Part shown: positions 15,506-23,587 of the stretch, piece after piece
Numbering within the stretch: the first letter of the stretch is position 1
Layout: each line of letters opens with the position of its first letter
DNA from: Candidatus Nanopusillus sp.
Lineage (GTDB): Archaea > Nanobdellota > Nanobdellia > Nanobdellales > Nanobdellaceae
DNA: 32,000 nt
Reading direction: 5' to 3'
Assembly: GCA_028276785.1 (NCBI GenBank)
Contig: JAPYVP010000003.1
Coordinates: forward strand, 21,054 to 53,053
Program-made: the position numbers and the translations under genes
The notes under the pieces: model-generated
The model's database searches: none
What the model saw: only the letters and a program-made list of their open reading frames with translations
What the model was told of the DNA's origin: nothing

Positions 15506-17164
15506 ATGGCAGAGGATAAAAAAGGATTATATCCAATTGTGCTATCTCCAGAAAAATATGTAAGGACAATAGGTAGAGAAGCAATGAGATCAAATATCAT
15601 GGCGGCTGTATTGGTATCAGAGATATTAAAAACATCTTTGGGTCCAAGAGGAATGGATAAAATGCTAGTAGATGAATTGGGAGATATAACTGTTACAAAT
15701 GATGGAGCAACAATATTGGATAGAATGCATGTTGAACATCCAGCTGCTAAATTAATAATAGAAATAGCAAAAACACAAGATAAAGAAGTAGGAGATGGTA
15801 CAAAAAGATCTACAGTTTTAGCCGGCGAATTATTGAAGAGGGCAAATGAATTATTAGATAAAAATATACATTCAACAATTATTATAGAAGGATACAATAA
15901 GGCAGCAATAATTGCTGAAGAATTAGTAAATAAATTAGCTCAAAGAGTATCAATGAACGATGAAGATATATTAATTAAGGTTGCTAAGTCTGCATTATCA
16001 TCAAAAATAGCATCTATATATTCAGATAAGTTGGCAAAAATAATTGTTGATGCTGTTAGGAAAGTAACAGATGTTGTAGAACTACCAAATAGAGAAAAGA
16101 AAATAATTGTAGATTTGGATTCATTAAAGATTGAAAAGAAAGTGGGCGGTGGTGTAGAAGAGACATCATTAATTGATGGAATAGTAATAGATAAAGAAAA
16201 AATACATGGAGAAATGCCAAAGGTTGTTTCAAATGCAAAGATAGCATTAATTGGTGATGCTATTGAAATTAAAGAAACAGAGACAGATGCTAGGATAAAC
16301 ATATCCTCACCAGAACAATTAGAACAGTTCTTAAATAAGGAAAGGGAGATGTTAAAGAAAATGGTAGAAAAGATAAAGAAAGTAGGAGCAAATGTTGTGT
16401 TTGTACAAAAAGGAGTTGATGATTTAGCAGCCTATTATTTGGCAAAATATGGAATATTAGCTGTAAGGAGAGTAAAGAAATCAGATATGGAAAAAATAGC
16501 AAAAGCAACTGGTGGAAAAATTGTAAATTCCATTGATGAATTATCAGAAAATGATTTAGGATATGCAGAATTGGTTGAAGAGAGAAAAATTGCAGATGAA
16601 AATATGATATTTATAACTGGATGTAAAAATCCAAAAGCTGTTACAATATTAATAAGGGCAGGATCTGAGCATGTTGCGGAGGAGATTGAGAGGTCTATAA
16701 ATGATGCAATTAAAGATGTTGCAACAGTAATTAAATATGGAAAAGTAATTGCTGGGGGTGGTGCATTAGAAATGGAATTAGCAGAAGGAATAAGAAAAGA
16801 AGCTAAGAAAGAATCATCAAAGGTGCAGATGGCAATGTTAGCGTTTGCAGATGCATTAGAAGCAATACCTGCAGCATTGGCAGAAAATGCTGGTATGGAT
16901 ACTATAGAAGCAATGACACAGTTAAGAGCATTGCATGAGCAAGGTAAAAAATGGGCTGGAATAGATGCAATTGAAGGTAAAATTGCAGATATGTGGGAGA
17001 AAAATGTAATAGAACCAGCAAACATAACTATACAAGCTATAAAGTCAGCAGTAGAAGCTGCTATAATGATATTAAAGATAGATGACGTTATTGCTGCGGT
17101 AGGAAAATCAACAGAAGAAAAGTCATCTAGTAAATCTGAAGAAGAGGGGGAAATTGAAGAATAG
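15506..17164 (+). CDS. ths: Thermosome subunit (group II chaperonin)
   Basis: LGPRGMDKML, VTNDGATILD, VGDGT...VLAGELL, IAGGGALEMELA, ENAGMD and VIEP are conserved over 552 aa. The tail is acidic and lacks a GM-rich stretch. Confidence 0.95.
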   Translation: MAEDKKGLYPIVLSPEKYVRTIGREAMRSNIMAAVLVSEILKTSLGPRGMDKMLVDELGDITVTNDGATILDRMHVEHPAAKLIIEIAKTQDKEVGDGTKRSTVLAGELLKRANELLDKNIHSTIIIEGYNKAAIIAEELVNKLAQRVSMNDEDILIKVAKSALSSKIASIYSDKLAKIIVDAVRKVTDVVELPNREKKIIVDLDSLKIEKKVGGGVEETSLIDGIVIDKEKIHGEMPKVVSNAKIALIGDAIEIKETETDARINISSPEQLEQFLNKEREMLKKMVEKIKKVGANVVFVQKGVDDLAAYYLAKYGILAVRRVKKSDMEKIAKATGGKIVNSIDELSENDLGYAELVEERKIADENMIFITGCKNPKAVTILIRAGSEHVAEEIERSINDAIKDVATVIKYGKVIAGGGALEMELAEGIRKEAKKESSKVQMAMLAFADALEAIPAALAENAGMDTIEAMTQLRALHEQGKKWAGIDAIEGKIADMWEKNVIEPANITIQAIKSAVEAAIMILKIDDVIAAVGKSTEEKSSSKSEEEGEIEE

Positions 17165-17170
17165 TTTTTT
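17165..17170 (+). terminator. Oligo-T tract immediately after the thermosome stop codon
   Basis: TAG is followed directly by TTTTTT. Archaeal RNAP terminates at oligo-T runs. The next promoter-like box starts 7 nt later. Confidence 0.35.
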
Positions 17171-17176
17171 AGAAGA

Positions 17177-17186
17177 TTTATAAATA
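17177..17186 (+). promoter_or_regulatory. TATA-box-like element for the coiled-coil gene and filament locus
   Basis: TTTATAAATA is centred ~26 nt upstream of the ATG at 17207. Confidence 0.45.
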
Positions 17187-17206
17187 TCAAAATTTTTTAT
17201 TCTTTT

Positions 17207-17758
17207 ATGCCATCCTCAGATTATGAACTTATACCAACAGACCCCCTTGAAAAATTGGTTGAAGAGATAGAAAACCTAAAGAATGATTTAGCTACATTAA
17301 AAAGAGAATTAAAAAACAATATTGAAGAAATAAAAAGACAGGTTTCTATACCGTCTGAAACAAATCCAATAGCTAAAAAAGAAGCGCATGCTCAATTGTA
17401 TTATGCACAATCGAATATAGATACGTCATTTTATAAAGAAATTGTAAATTCATTAATAAAAAGTAATATAGATTTACAGGCAAAGATATCTGAATTAGTG
17501 GTTGTTACAAATAATTTATATAAAGAATTAAAGAGTTTATTTGAAATATTTAAAGAAGCCGCTTTATTAAGACCAAAAGAAAAAGAAACACATGAGAATA
17601 ATGCCGAATTAATAAAGAGGATAGAAAACTTAGAAAAAGCCAACCTAAAAGTAGCAGAATTATTAGATAATCTTAAGAAGCAGATAGAAAGTATAAAAAA
17701 TAATCAAAGTTCAAGTTATATAAGTTCATCAATACAAAGTTATAACAGAAGGATATAA
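17207..17758 (+). CDS. Hypothetical coiled-coil protein
   Basis: Heptad-like charged repeats (LEKLVEEIENLKNDLATLKRELKNNIEEIKRQ; IKRIENLEKANLKVAELLDNLKKQIESIKNN) and no TM segment. It is the first gene of the co-directional block leading to the FlaI-like ATPase. Confidence 0.5.
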   Translation: MPSSDYELIPTDPLEKLVEEIENLKNDLATLKRELKNNIEEIKRQVSIPSETNPIAKKEAHAQLYYAQSNIDTSFYKEIVNSLIKSNIDLQAKISELVVVTNNLYKELKSLFEIFKEAALLRPKEKETHENNAELIKRIENLEKANLKVAELLDNLKKQIESIKNNQSSSYISSSIQSYNRRI

Positions 17759-17790
17759 AAATTGATAAATTTTTTTAATATCTTTATAAA

Positions 17791-18633
17791 ATGAAATTGC
17801 AATCACATCTTATCGGTTATTTGTTGTTGGGGGTTATTATAGTTGGTTTATCAATAGGAATATATGAATGGGGTATACCACTAATACAAAAATCTCAGAT
17901 TAGGTCTACAGTAGATAATATTCAGAATCAACTAACTACACTAGCAGATGCTATATCATCAGTTGTTCAAAGTAGAGGATCTCAGACCATTACATTAACT
18001 TTACCAAAAGGGTCTTTAAGTATATATAATAATTTAATTCAATATTCATTTCAAACATCAGTAAATTACTATAATCCATCTATTTCTGTAATTCCAATAA
18101 ATTATAATATATATATTCCATGTAATGTAAACAATACAGTTTCAGTACCATCATCTGGTTATAATTCTATTCAATTATGTGGCATTCCAAATCTTATAGT
18201 AAAAGTAAATTCCTCTAATATAATTATACAAGATATAAATAATAATACCTTAATATTGCCTTTAGCGAGTACTAAAAATGTTATAACCCAATATTTTAAT
18301 TTTAATATAATTGTTCAGAACAATGTTGTATCATTTATACCCCAAAATAATGTAGGAATAGCTGGTGTATCATATTATCCAAGATGTTTACTTTCAGCAA
18401 CCCAATTAAGTGGAATTATACAATATCAAATAGAGTGTAGACCAATGTATAATCCCCAAAACGGACAATGTGAATTAATAGTAATAGAACCAGTTGGTCA
18501 GACATCAGTTAATACAAATGGAAATACTGTTAATGTAAATCTACAATATAAAAGATTAGAAATAATTAATAATCCAAATTCCACTGTTTGTAAACAATTA
18601 GTATATTATTATGTACAAGCTTCTGTTGTATAA
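17791..18633 (+). CDS. Pilin-like / FlaF-FlaG-like protein with an N-terminal hydrophobic helix
   Basis: The N-terminus MKLQSHLIGYLLLGVIIVGLSIGIY is followed by a Ser/Asn/Thr/Val-rich beta-type region with sequons (NNT, NSS, NNT, NST). It lies just upstream of a type IV filament ATPase. Confidence 0.45.
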   Translation: MKLQSHLIGYLLLGVIIVGLSIGIYEWGIPLIQKSQIRSTVDNIQNQLTTLADAISSVVQSRGSQTITLTLPKGSLSIYNNLIQYSFQTSVNYYNPSISVIPINYNIYIPCNVNNTVSVPSSGYNSIQLCGIPNLIVKVNSSNIIIQDINNNTLILPLASTKNVITQYFNFNIIVQNNVVSFIPQNNVGIAGVSYYPRCLLSATQLSGIIQYQIECRPMYNPQNGQCELIVIEPVGQTSVNTNGNTVNVNLQYKRLEIINNPNSTVCKQLVYYYVQASVV

Positions 18634-19013
18634 TGCCGGTAAATACGATAGAAATAGTATTAATAACTTTAATATTGTTTTATATTTCTCAACTGACGAT
18701 TTTATATTTTAATTACATAACAAATCCATCAAATTATGATAAAGTAGTTTTAAATTATATAGGATCAAATGTTAAGTTTTGTATATATTATTCTTATTTA
18801 TATAATGCAAATCTCTTTTGCCAACCTTCTCAGAATTATAAGTTTTCAATAAGTGCAATTAATAATGTTGTATATATAACATACAATGAAAAATTTTTAT
18901 CTATAAATTTAAACAACAATTCTTATTTCCATCCTATCTATGGCCATGGTTTGAATTCTTTCTTTTTACAATATAAGAATTATTCTATAGATTCCATTTT
19001 ATATATAAGTTAA
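18633..19013 (+). CDS. Small pilin-like / FlaG-like protein with an N-terminal hydrophobic helix
   Basis: MPVNTIEIVLITLILFYISQLTIL resembles the mature N-terminus of the prepilin at 21490..21927 (LPINTIILAIIAIIVL). It has a TAATG overlap with the upstream gene. Confidence 0.4.
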   Translation: MPVNTIEIVLITLILFYISQLTILYFNYITNPSNYDKVVLNYIGSNVKFCIYYSYLYNANLFCQPSQNYKFSISAINNVVYITYNEKFLSINLNNNSYFHPIYGHGLNSFFLQYKNYSIDSILYIS

Positions 19014-19044
19014 ATTTATATTTTCTCAAATTTTCTTTAAATAT

Positions 19045-20835
19045 ATGAGCAACATTTATGATTTTCTTGATGATGTTATAGATGTAGTAAGAAAAAAAAT
19101 TGAATTAAAAAGAAAATTAAATGAAAAAATTGAAAAAATAAATATTGTAGAAAGTGCACCTAAAGTATATCAACCAATTTATATGCCATTAATTAGTAAT
19201 AAATATGAAAAAAGAAAGAGGAAAAAGAAAAGAGAAAAGAAAAAAAATTATAATATAAGTTTGGTTAGTATACCATCGGAAAATATAAAAATTACCGAAA
19301 AAGATAAACTTAGATTTTTCATAGAATTATATAACAAAAACGAAAATGTAGGTCAATTTAGATATCCACTAACTAGAATGAATATTCTTGGTAGAGAATA
19401 TATATTTGCATATGCGGATATATCGTGGGATAATGAATATGGAGAACTTGTATATCATGTAATAGAACCAAATATAGATGATAATGATAGGAAGATTATA
19501 AATACAATAATTGATGATTTAACTAGAACATCAGAACTTCCCCTTGGAATGGAAAAAAATGAGGAATATATGAGAAATTATATAATAAGACAAGCCTTGA
19601 ATATAATAAAAGAAAAAGGATATCAAATAGATGCAAATAAATTACCTTATATATTATATTATATAATAAGAGATACAATTGGTTATGGAATAATAGATCC
19701 ATTAATGAGAGATCCATTAATTGAAGATATATCCTGTACTGGTATAAATTATCCAATATTTATATTCCATAGGAATCCACTAATAGGTGAAATAAAAACA
19801 AATCTACAGTTTAATTCTGATGAAGAGTTGGATAATTTTGTAATAAAATTATCTGTAAGAGCTGGTAGAATTGTATCTGTTGCAAATCCTTTATTAGATG
19901 CGGCTTTACCCGATGGATCAAGAATTCAAATAACCTTTGGAAAAGATATTTCTAGAAGGGGTTCTTCATTTACAATAAGAAAATTTACAGAAGACCCATT
20001 TACACCAGTTGACTTATTACTATATGGAACTGTGGACTTTAATATGTTGGCATATTTATGGACATTAATAGAAGAAGGTAGATCATTATTAATATCCGGA
20101 GGAACAGCTACAGGTAAAACATCATTCTTGAATGCAATATCTCTATTTATTAAACCTGAGAAAAAGATAGTTTCAATAGAAGATACTGCGGAGTTAAAGT
20201 TACCACATCCAAACTGGTTATCACAAGTTGCAAGACCTGGATATGGTCCAAATAGATATGGTGAAGTTACTATGTTTGATCTATTAAAAGCAGCTTTAAG
20301 ACAAAGGCCAGATTATATAATTGTAGGTGAAGTGAGAGGAGAAGAAGCTTATATATTATTCCAGGCAATGGCAACAGGTCATGCGGGTTTGGGTACCATA
20401 CATGCAGAAAGTTTTGAAGCATTAATGGATAGGTTATTATCTCCACCAATTAGCTTACCTCCAGCTTTATTGGAAGTATTGGATGGGGTTGTATTTCTCA
20501 AAAGATTGAAATACCAAGGAAAATATGTAAGAAGAGTAGATAAAATATACGAAATACTTGGATTTAATAAAGAAAAGAAAGATGTTGATAGGATAATTTC
20601 ATTTAAATGGAATCCAAGAGATGATACTTACATAGCGGGTGAAAGTTATGTATTAAATAAAATTGCTGAAATCAGAAACTGGGATAAAAATGATATAGAA
20701 ACGAACTTTAAATTTAAAATAAGAGTACTAGAATATATGTTAGAAAATAACATAAGAAATTATAGAAAAATTGCAGAAATTATGAGTATGTATTATAATA
20801 ATCCTGATAAATTGATGAGTTTAGTAGGATTTTAG
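19045..20835 (+). CDS. FlaI/ArlI-type type IV filament (archaellum/pilus) assembly ATPase
   Basis: RYPL....Y.V.EP N-domain pattern (LVYHVIEPNIDDNDRKII), Walker A SGGTATGKTSFLNA, SIEDTAELKL, Walker B/His box RPDYIIVGEVRGEEAYILFQAMATGHAGLGTIHA. Confidence 0.85.
   Translation: MSNIYDFLDDVIDVVRKKIELKRKLNEKIEKINIVESAPKVYQPIYMPLISNKYEKRKRKKKREKKKNYNISLVSIPSENIKITEKDKLRFFIELYNKNENVGQFRYPLTRMNILGREYIFAYADISWDNEYGELVYHVIEPNIDDNDRKIINTIIDDLTRTSELPLGMEKNEEYMRNYIIRQALNIIKEKGYQIDANKLPYILYYIIRDTIGYGIIDPLMRDPLIEDISCTGINYPIFIFHRNPLIGEIKTNLQFNSDEELDNFVIKLSVRAGRIVSVANPLLDAALPDGSRIQITFGKDISRRGSSFTIRKFTEDPFTPVDLLLYGTVDFNMLAYLWTLIEEGRSLLISGGTATGKTSFLNAISLFIKPEKKIVSIEDTAELKLPHPNWLSQVARPGYGPNRYGEVTMFDLLKAALRQRPDYIIVGEVRGEEAYILFQAMATGHAGLGTIHAESFEALMDRLLSPPISLPPALLEVLDGVVFLKRLKYQGKYVRRVDKIYEILGFNKEKKDVDRIISFKWNPRDDTYIAGESYVLNKIAEIRNWDKNDIETNFKFKIRVLEYMLENNIRNYRKIAEIMSMYYNNPDKLMSLVGF
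19207..19247 (+). repeat. 41-nt homopurine tract encoding a polybasic insertion
   Basis: gaaaaaagaaagaggaaaaagaaaagagaaaagaaaaaaaa contains only A and G. It encodes EKRKRKKKREKKK in the N-terminal region of the FlaI-like ATPase. Confidence 0.8.
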
Positions 20836-21459
20836 CTCAATAATTTCTATGGGTCTTTTATTATAGAATTTTATCATATAGGTTTTGTTATATTCTAATT
20901 GAATATTCTTTTCTAAATATAGTACATTAAAATTGTCTGTTAATACTATATAATTATTCTCATTTTCTTTTAATAATCTTATATATCTATACGATATATA
21001 ATTTTGATTTGGGTTTATGTTTTCATCTATTTTTTCAATTAGTTCTATGTTGTTTATGAATATTGATAGAACAAGGTTATTTAGTACTATACCATTTTTT
21101 ACTTTTATATTGCTATTTTCTTTTAATAAATTTTCTTTTCTTTTCCATTTATGATCCTTAATTATTAACTTAATTAATCCTGTTTCATCTCCAGCCTCCA
21201 GAATTATTAAATTATCCTTTTTTATTAGTACTTTGTTTATCTTTAATTTTATCTCTTTTACTTTTAATCCAGGATATAAGTTTTTTACTTTTATATTATA
21301 TAGATCTTCTAATGTTAATCCTCTTTCTTTTAATATTAATAGAATAGCTGCTTCTTCATCAATTAAATTTTTATATTGTTTTATTTTTTCATTTATTAAT
21401 TCTTGTAACTTTGTTTTTGATATACCTAAAATAGATGAAATATAATTCTTATCTATCAT
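20821..21459 (-). CDS. RPA/SSB-like OB-fold ssDNA-binding protein
   Basis: KNLIDEEAAILLILKERGLTLEDLYNIKVKNLYPGLKVKEIKLKINKVL...GDETGLIKLII parallels the N-terminus of archaeal RPA41-type proteins (LSEQGAA.LLAERLGI...I.ELYPGM..V.V.GRVL...D.TG.i...lW). No zinc-finger Cys cluster is present. Confidence 0.6.
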   Translation of the reverse strand: MIDKNYISSILGISKTKLQELINEKIKQYKNLIDEEAAILLILKERGLTLEDLYNIKVKNLYPGLKVKEIKLKINKVLIKKDNLIILEAGDETGLIKLIIKDHKWKRKENLLKENSNIKVKNGIVLNNLVLSIFINNIELIEKIDENINPNQNYISYRYIRLLKENENNYIVLTDNFNVLYLEKNIQLEYNKTYMIKFYNKRPIEIIELKSY

Positions 21460-21489
21460 AAAAAATATTTAGTAATAAAAAATAAATCT

Positions 21490-21927
21490 TTATTTGAGTT
21501 TACAACCAGGTATACCGTTGGGTGGAGTACATCCTTGATTATTTTGTTGGTTTTGATTGTTTTGTTGGCCAGATAAGTATAAACATTGATTTGGACCAAG
21601 TCCACATAAGACTTCTGAACCATTATATAAAGTAAATGAAAATTGGAAATTAACACTACATCCTGTAGATACATATTGAGAATTTGCTAACATTTGTAAT
21701 TGAGAGGATGGATCTGTAGAAGTTCCCATTTGTTGTTGTATTGCTGCTGCATATTGTGAACATTGTGCACTAGTTGTTTGATTAGATGAAGGACCTACCT
21801 GGTTGGTACTTGAAACAAATTTTCCAATTCCACTAGTGAATACTAGTACAAGAAATACCAATACAATTATTGCAATAATTGCCAAAATTATAGTATTTAT
21901 AGGTAAACCTTGAGTTCTTTTTACCAT
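21490..21927 (-). CDS. Type IV prepilin/archaellin-like protein with a class III signal peptide
   Basis: MVKRTQG|LPINTIILAIIAIIVLVFLVLVF is a short basic leader ending in Gly, followed by a long hydrophobic helix, as in PibD/FlaK substrates. The mature part is Q/N/S/G-rich with six Cys. The gene is visibly less AT-rich than its neighbours. Confidence 0.6.
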   Translation of the reverse strand: MVKRTQGLPINTIILAIIAIIVLVFLVLVFTSGIGKFVSSTNQVGPSSNQTTSAQCSQYAAAIQQQMGTSTDPSSQLQMLANSQYVSTGCSVNFQFSFTLYNGSEVLCGLGPNQCLYLSGQQNNQNQQNNQGCTPPNGIPGCKLK

Positions 21928-21940
21928 TTTACATATAAAT

Positions 21941-21958
21941 TTTTTTATAAATATAAAC
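21941..21958. promoter_or_regulatory. Central TATA-like element between the prepilin gene and the gene upstream of mre11
   Basis: TTTTTTATAAATATAAAC lies in a 56-nt spacer. TATA-like cores fall ~24-30 nt from the ATG at 21927 (minus) and ~26 nt from the ATG at 21984 (plus). Confidence 0.4.
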
Positions 21959-21983
21959 TTTTCTATGTATCTATATAATTGTT

Positions 21984-22448
21984 ATGAAGATTTCCTTTGT
22001 GTTATTGAGGGTAAATATACATGAATGGGATGATAAAAATAGAATATTAAATGCAATAGATTTATTATTAAAAGATATTGATAGAAAGAAAATAAAAATA
22101 AACAATTATAAGGATAAGGGGTTAATAAGTAATATAATTGAAGTATACGAAATAAAAATTAATGATAAAAATAGCATAGATATATTTTTTAGAAATTTAA
22201 TTTCTTTAGGATTAAGATTTGAAGATATAAAAAGTAATTGTAACTTTGATGAGAACTATAATATATACTTAAGAATCGATAAAGACGAATTGACATTAAA
22301 CAAAATTATTAAAATACATTATACAGAAGATTCTTTCTTATTAAAAATAAGTTTTGATTATTATAAAAAGGATAAAGAAATAGTTTTAAACTATTTAAAT
22401 GAGTATTTGGAAAATATAAATAAAAAATTTTTACACAATAATATTTAA
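21984..22448 (+). CDS. Hypothetical protein (weak DUF54/COG1325-type RNA-binding fold resemblance)
   Basis: It has a TAATG overlap with mre11. VLLRVNIHEWDDKNRILNAIDLLL and NIYLRIDKDELTLNKII loosely recall the V.vH.TED.eKV..Al and l.lRlDKQ patterns. This is not a secure assignment. Confidence 0.35.
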   Translation: MKISFVLLRVNIHEWDDKNRILNAIDLLLKDIDRKKIKINNYKDKGLISNIIEVYEIKINDKNSIDIFFRNLISLGLRFEDIKSNCNFDENYNIYLRIDKDELTLNKIIKIHYTEDSFLLKISFDYYKKDKEIVLNYLNEYLENINKKFLHNNI

Positions 22449-23587
22449 TGAAGTTTATTCATGTCTCCGACACGCATTTAGGATGTCAAATTCCAGTAGA
22501 ATACGGTGAGATAAGAAAATATGATTTTTTAAATTCATTTAGACAAGTCATTGATTTTGCAATTAGAGAAAATGTGGATTTTATAATTCATTCTGGAGAT
22601 TTCTTTGATGATTATTTTAGGATAGATTCAAAATATCTTCTGGAAATATTGGATATATTATTTAAACTAAAAGATCATAAAATACCATTAATATTTATTA
22701 AGGGAAATCATGATACAAAGGGGCAAAGACAAAACGTTTTAGAAATATTAAAGAGATTGGGTTTAATATATGAAGCAAATATAAAAGAACCATTTGTATA
22801 TAAAGATGTGTATATCTATGGAATATCAGAACCTTCAAATTTATCATATGAACAATTAAGAACATATTATAAGAAAAATTTATCAAATTTAAAATTTGAA
22901 AATAATGGCTATAATATTTTTATGTTTCATGGAGCAGTAAACATATTTCCAGAAAATATCTTGGAGGGTCATAGTAAAGAACCTAGAATCTTGTCTTTGA
23001 ATGATTTTCCTAAAGCAGATTATTATGCATTTGGCCACTTTCATAAAAAACATTTAGAAAAGCATGATAATATAATCTTTGCTTTACCAGGCTCTACTGA
23101 AAGGACCGAAATATCAAAAGATGAAGAAAATATAAAGAAAGGGTTCTTCTATGTAAAAGACAACGATATAGAATTTAAAGAATTAAATGTTAGGCCAGTA
23201 TACATTTATGAAGATATAATAAATAATGATGATGGATTAAATAAATTAAAGAGTGATATTTATAATAAATCAAAGGAAACAATCATAAAAATTAAAGTTA
23301 GATATAAAAAAGATTATTATATTAATGTAAAAAATCTATTAGAAAATCTAATAGAATCTGGATATTTAATATTGGATGACTCCTATTCTTTAGATGAGGA
23401 AATAAAATTAAATAAAGAAATAATTACAATAGATAATATAATAGATAGCTCATTTTTTATAAATGATAAGCAAGAAGTAATAAAAATGTTTAATAATATA
23501 AAAGAATTGTTTGAAGAAATGTATTCTGGTAGAAATTCTGATTTGGATAGAATAAGGGAAACAATATTTAAACAACTAATAAAATGA
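22448..23587 (+). CDS. mre11: Mre11 DNA double-strand break repair nuclease
   Basis: Phosphoesterase motifs MKFIHVSDTHLG, HSGDFFD, IKGNHD, MFHG and GHFH. It has an ATGA overlap with rad50. Confidence 0.9.
   Translation: MKFIHVSDTHLGCQIPVEYGEIRKYDFLNSFRQVIDFAIRENVDFIIHSGDFFDDYFRIDSKYLLEILDILFKLKDHKIPLIFIKGNHDTKGQRQNVLEILKRLGLIYEANIKEPFVYKDVYIYGISEPSNLSYEQLRTYYKKNLSNLKFENNGYNIFMFHGAVNIFPENILEGHSKEPRILSLNDFPKADYYAFGHFHKKHLEKHDNIIFALPGSTERTEISKDEENIKKGFFYVKDNDIEFKELNVRPVYIYEDIINNDDGLNKLKSDIYNKSKETIIKIKVRYKKDYYINVKNLLENLIESGYLILDDSYSLDEEIKLNKEIITIDNIIDSSFFINDKQEVIKMFNNIKELFEEMYSGRNSDLDRIRETIFKQLIK

Noticed and set aside
15803-15814. AGATCT (BglII-type palindrome) inside the unusual thermosome KRS codons as a sign of engineering or a restriction-related signal.
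   Set aside because: AGATCT occurs many times throughout the window, for example near 24, 843, 963, 3385, 4198 and 7268. Its presence here is unremarkable.
15487-17190. Series of long minus-strand ORFs (15487..15897, 15940..16302, 16056..16247, 16290..16508, 16435..17190; up to 251 aa) opposite the thermosome gene.
   Set aside because: They lie entirely antisense to an unambiguous, motif-rich chaperonin gene. Their products are low-complexity Ile/Ser/Phe/Ala strings with no recognisable motifs. They are typical shadow ORFs of a purine-rich, codon-biased gene.
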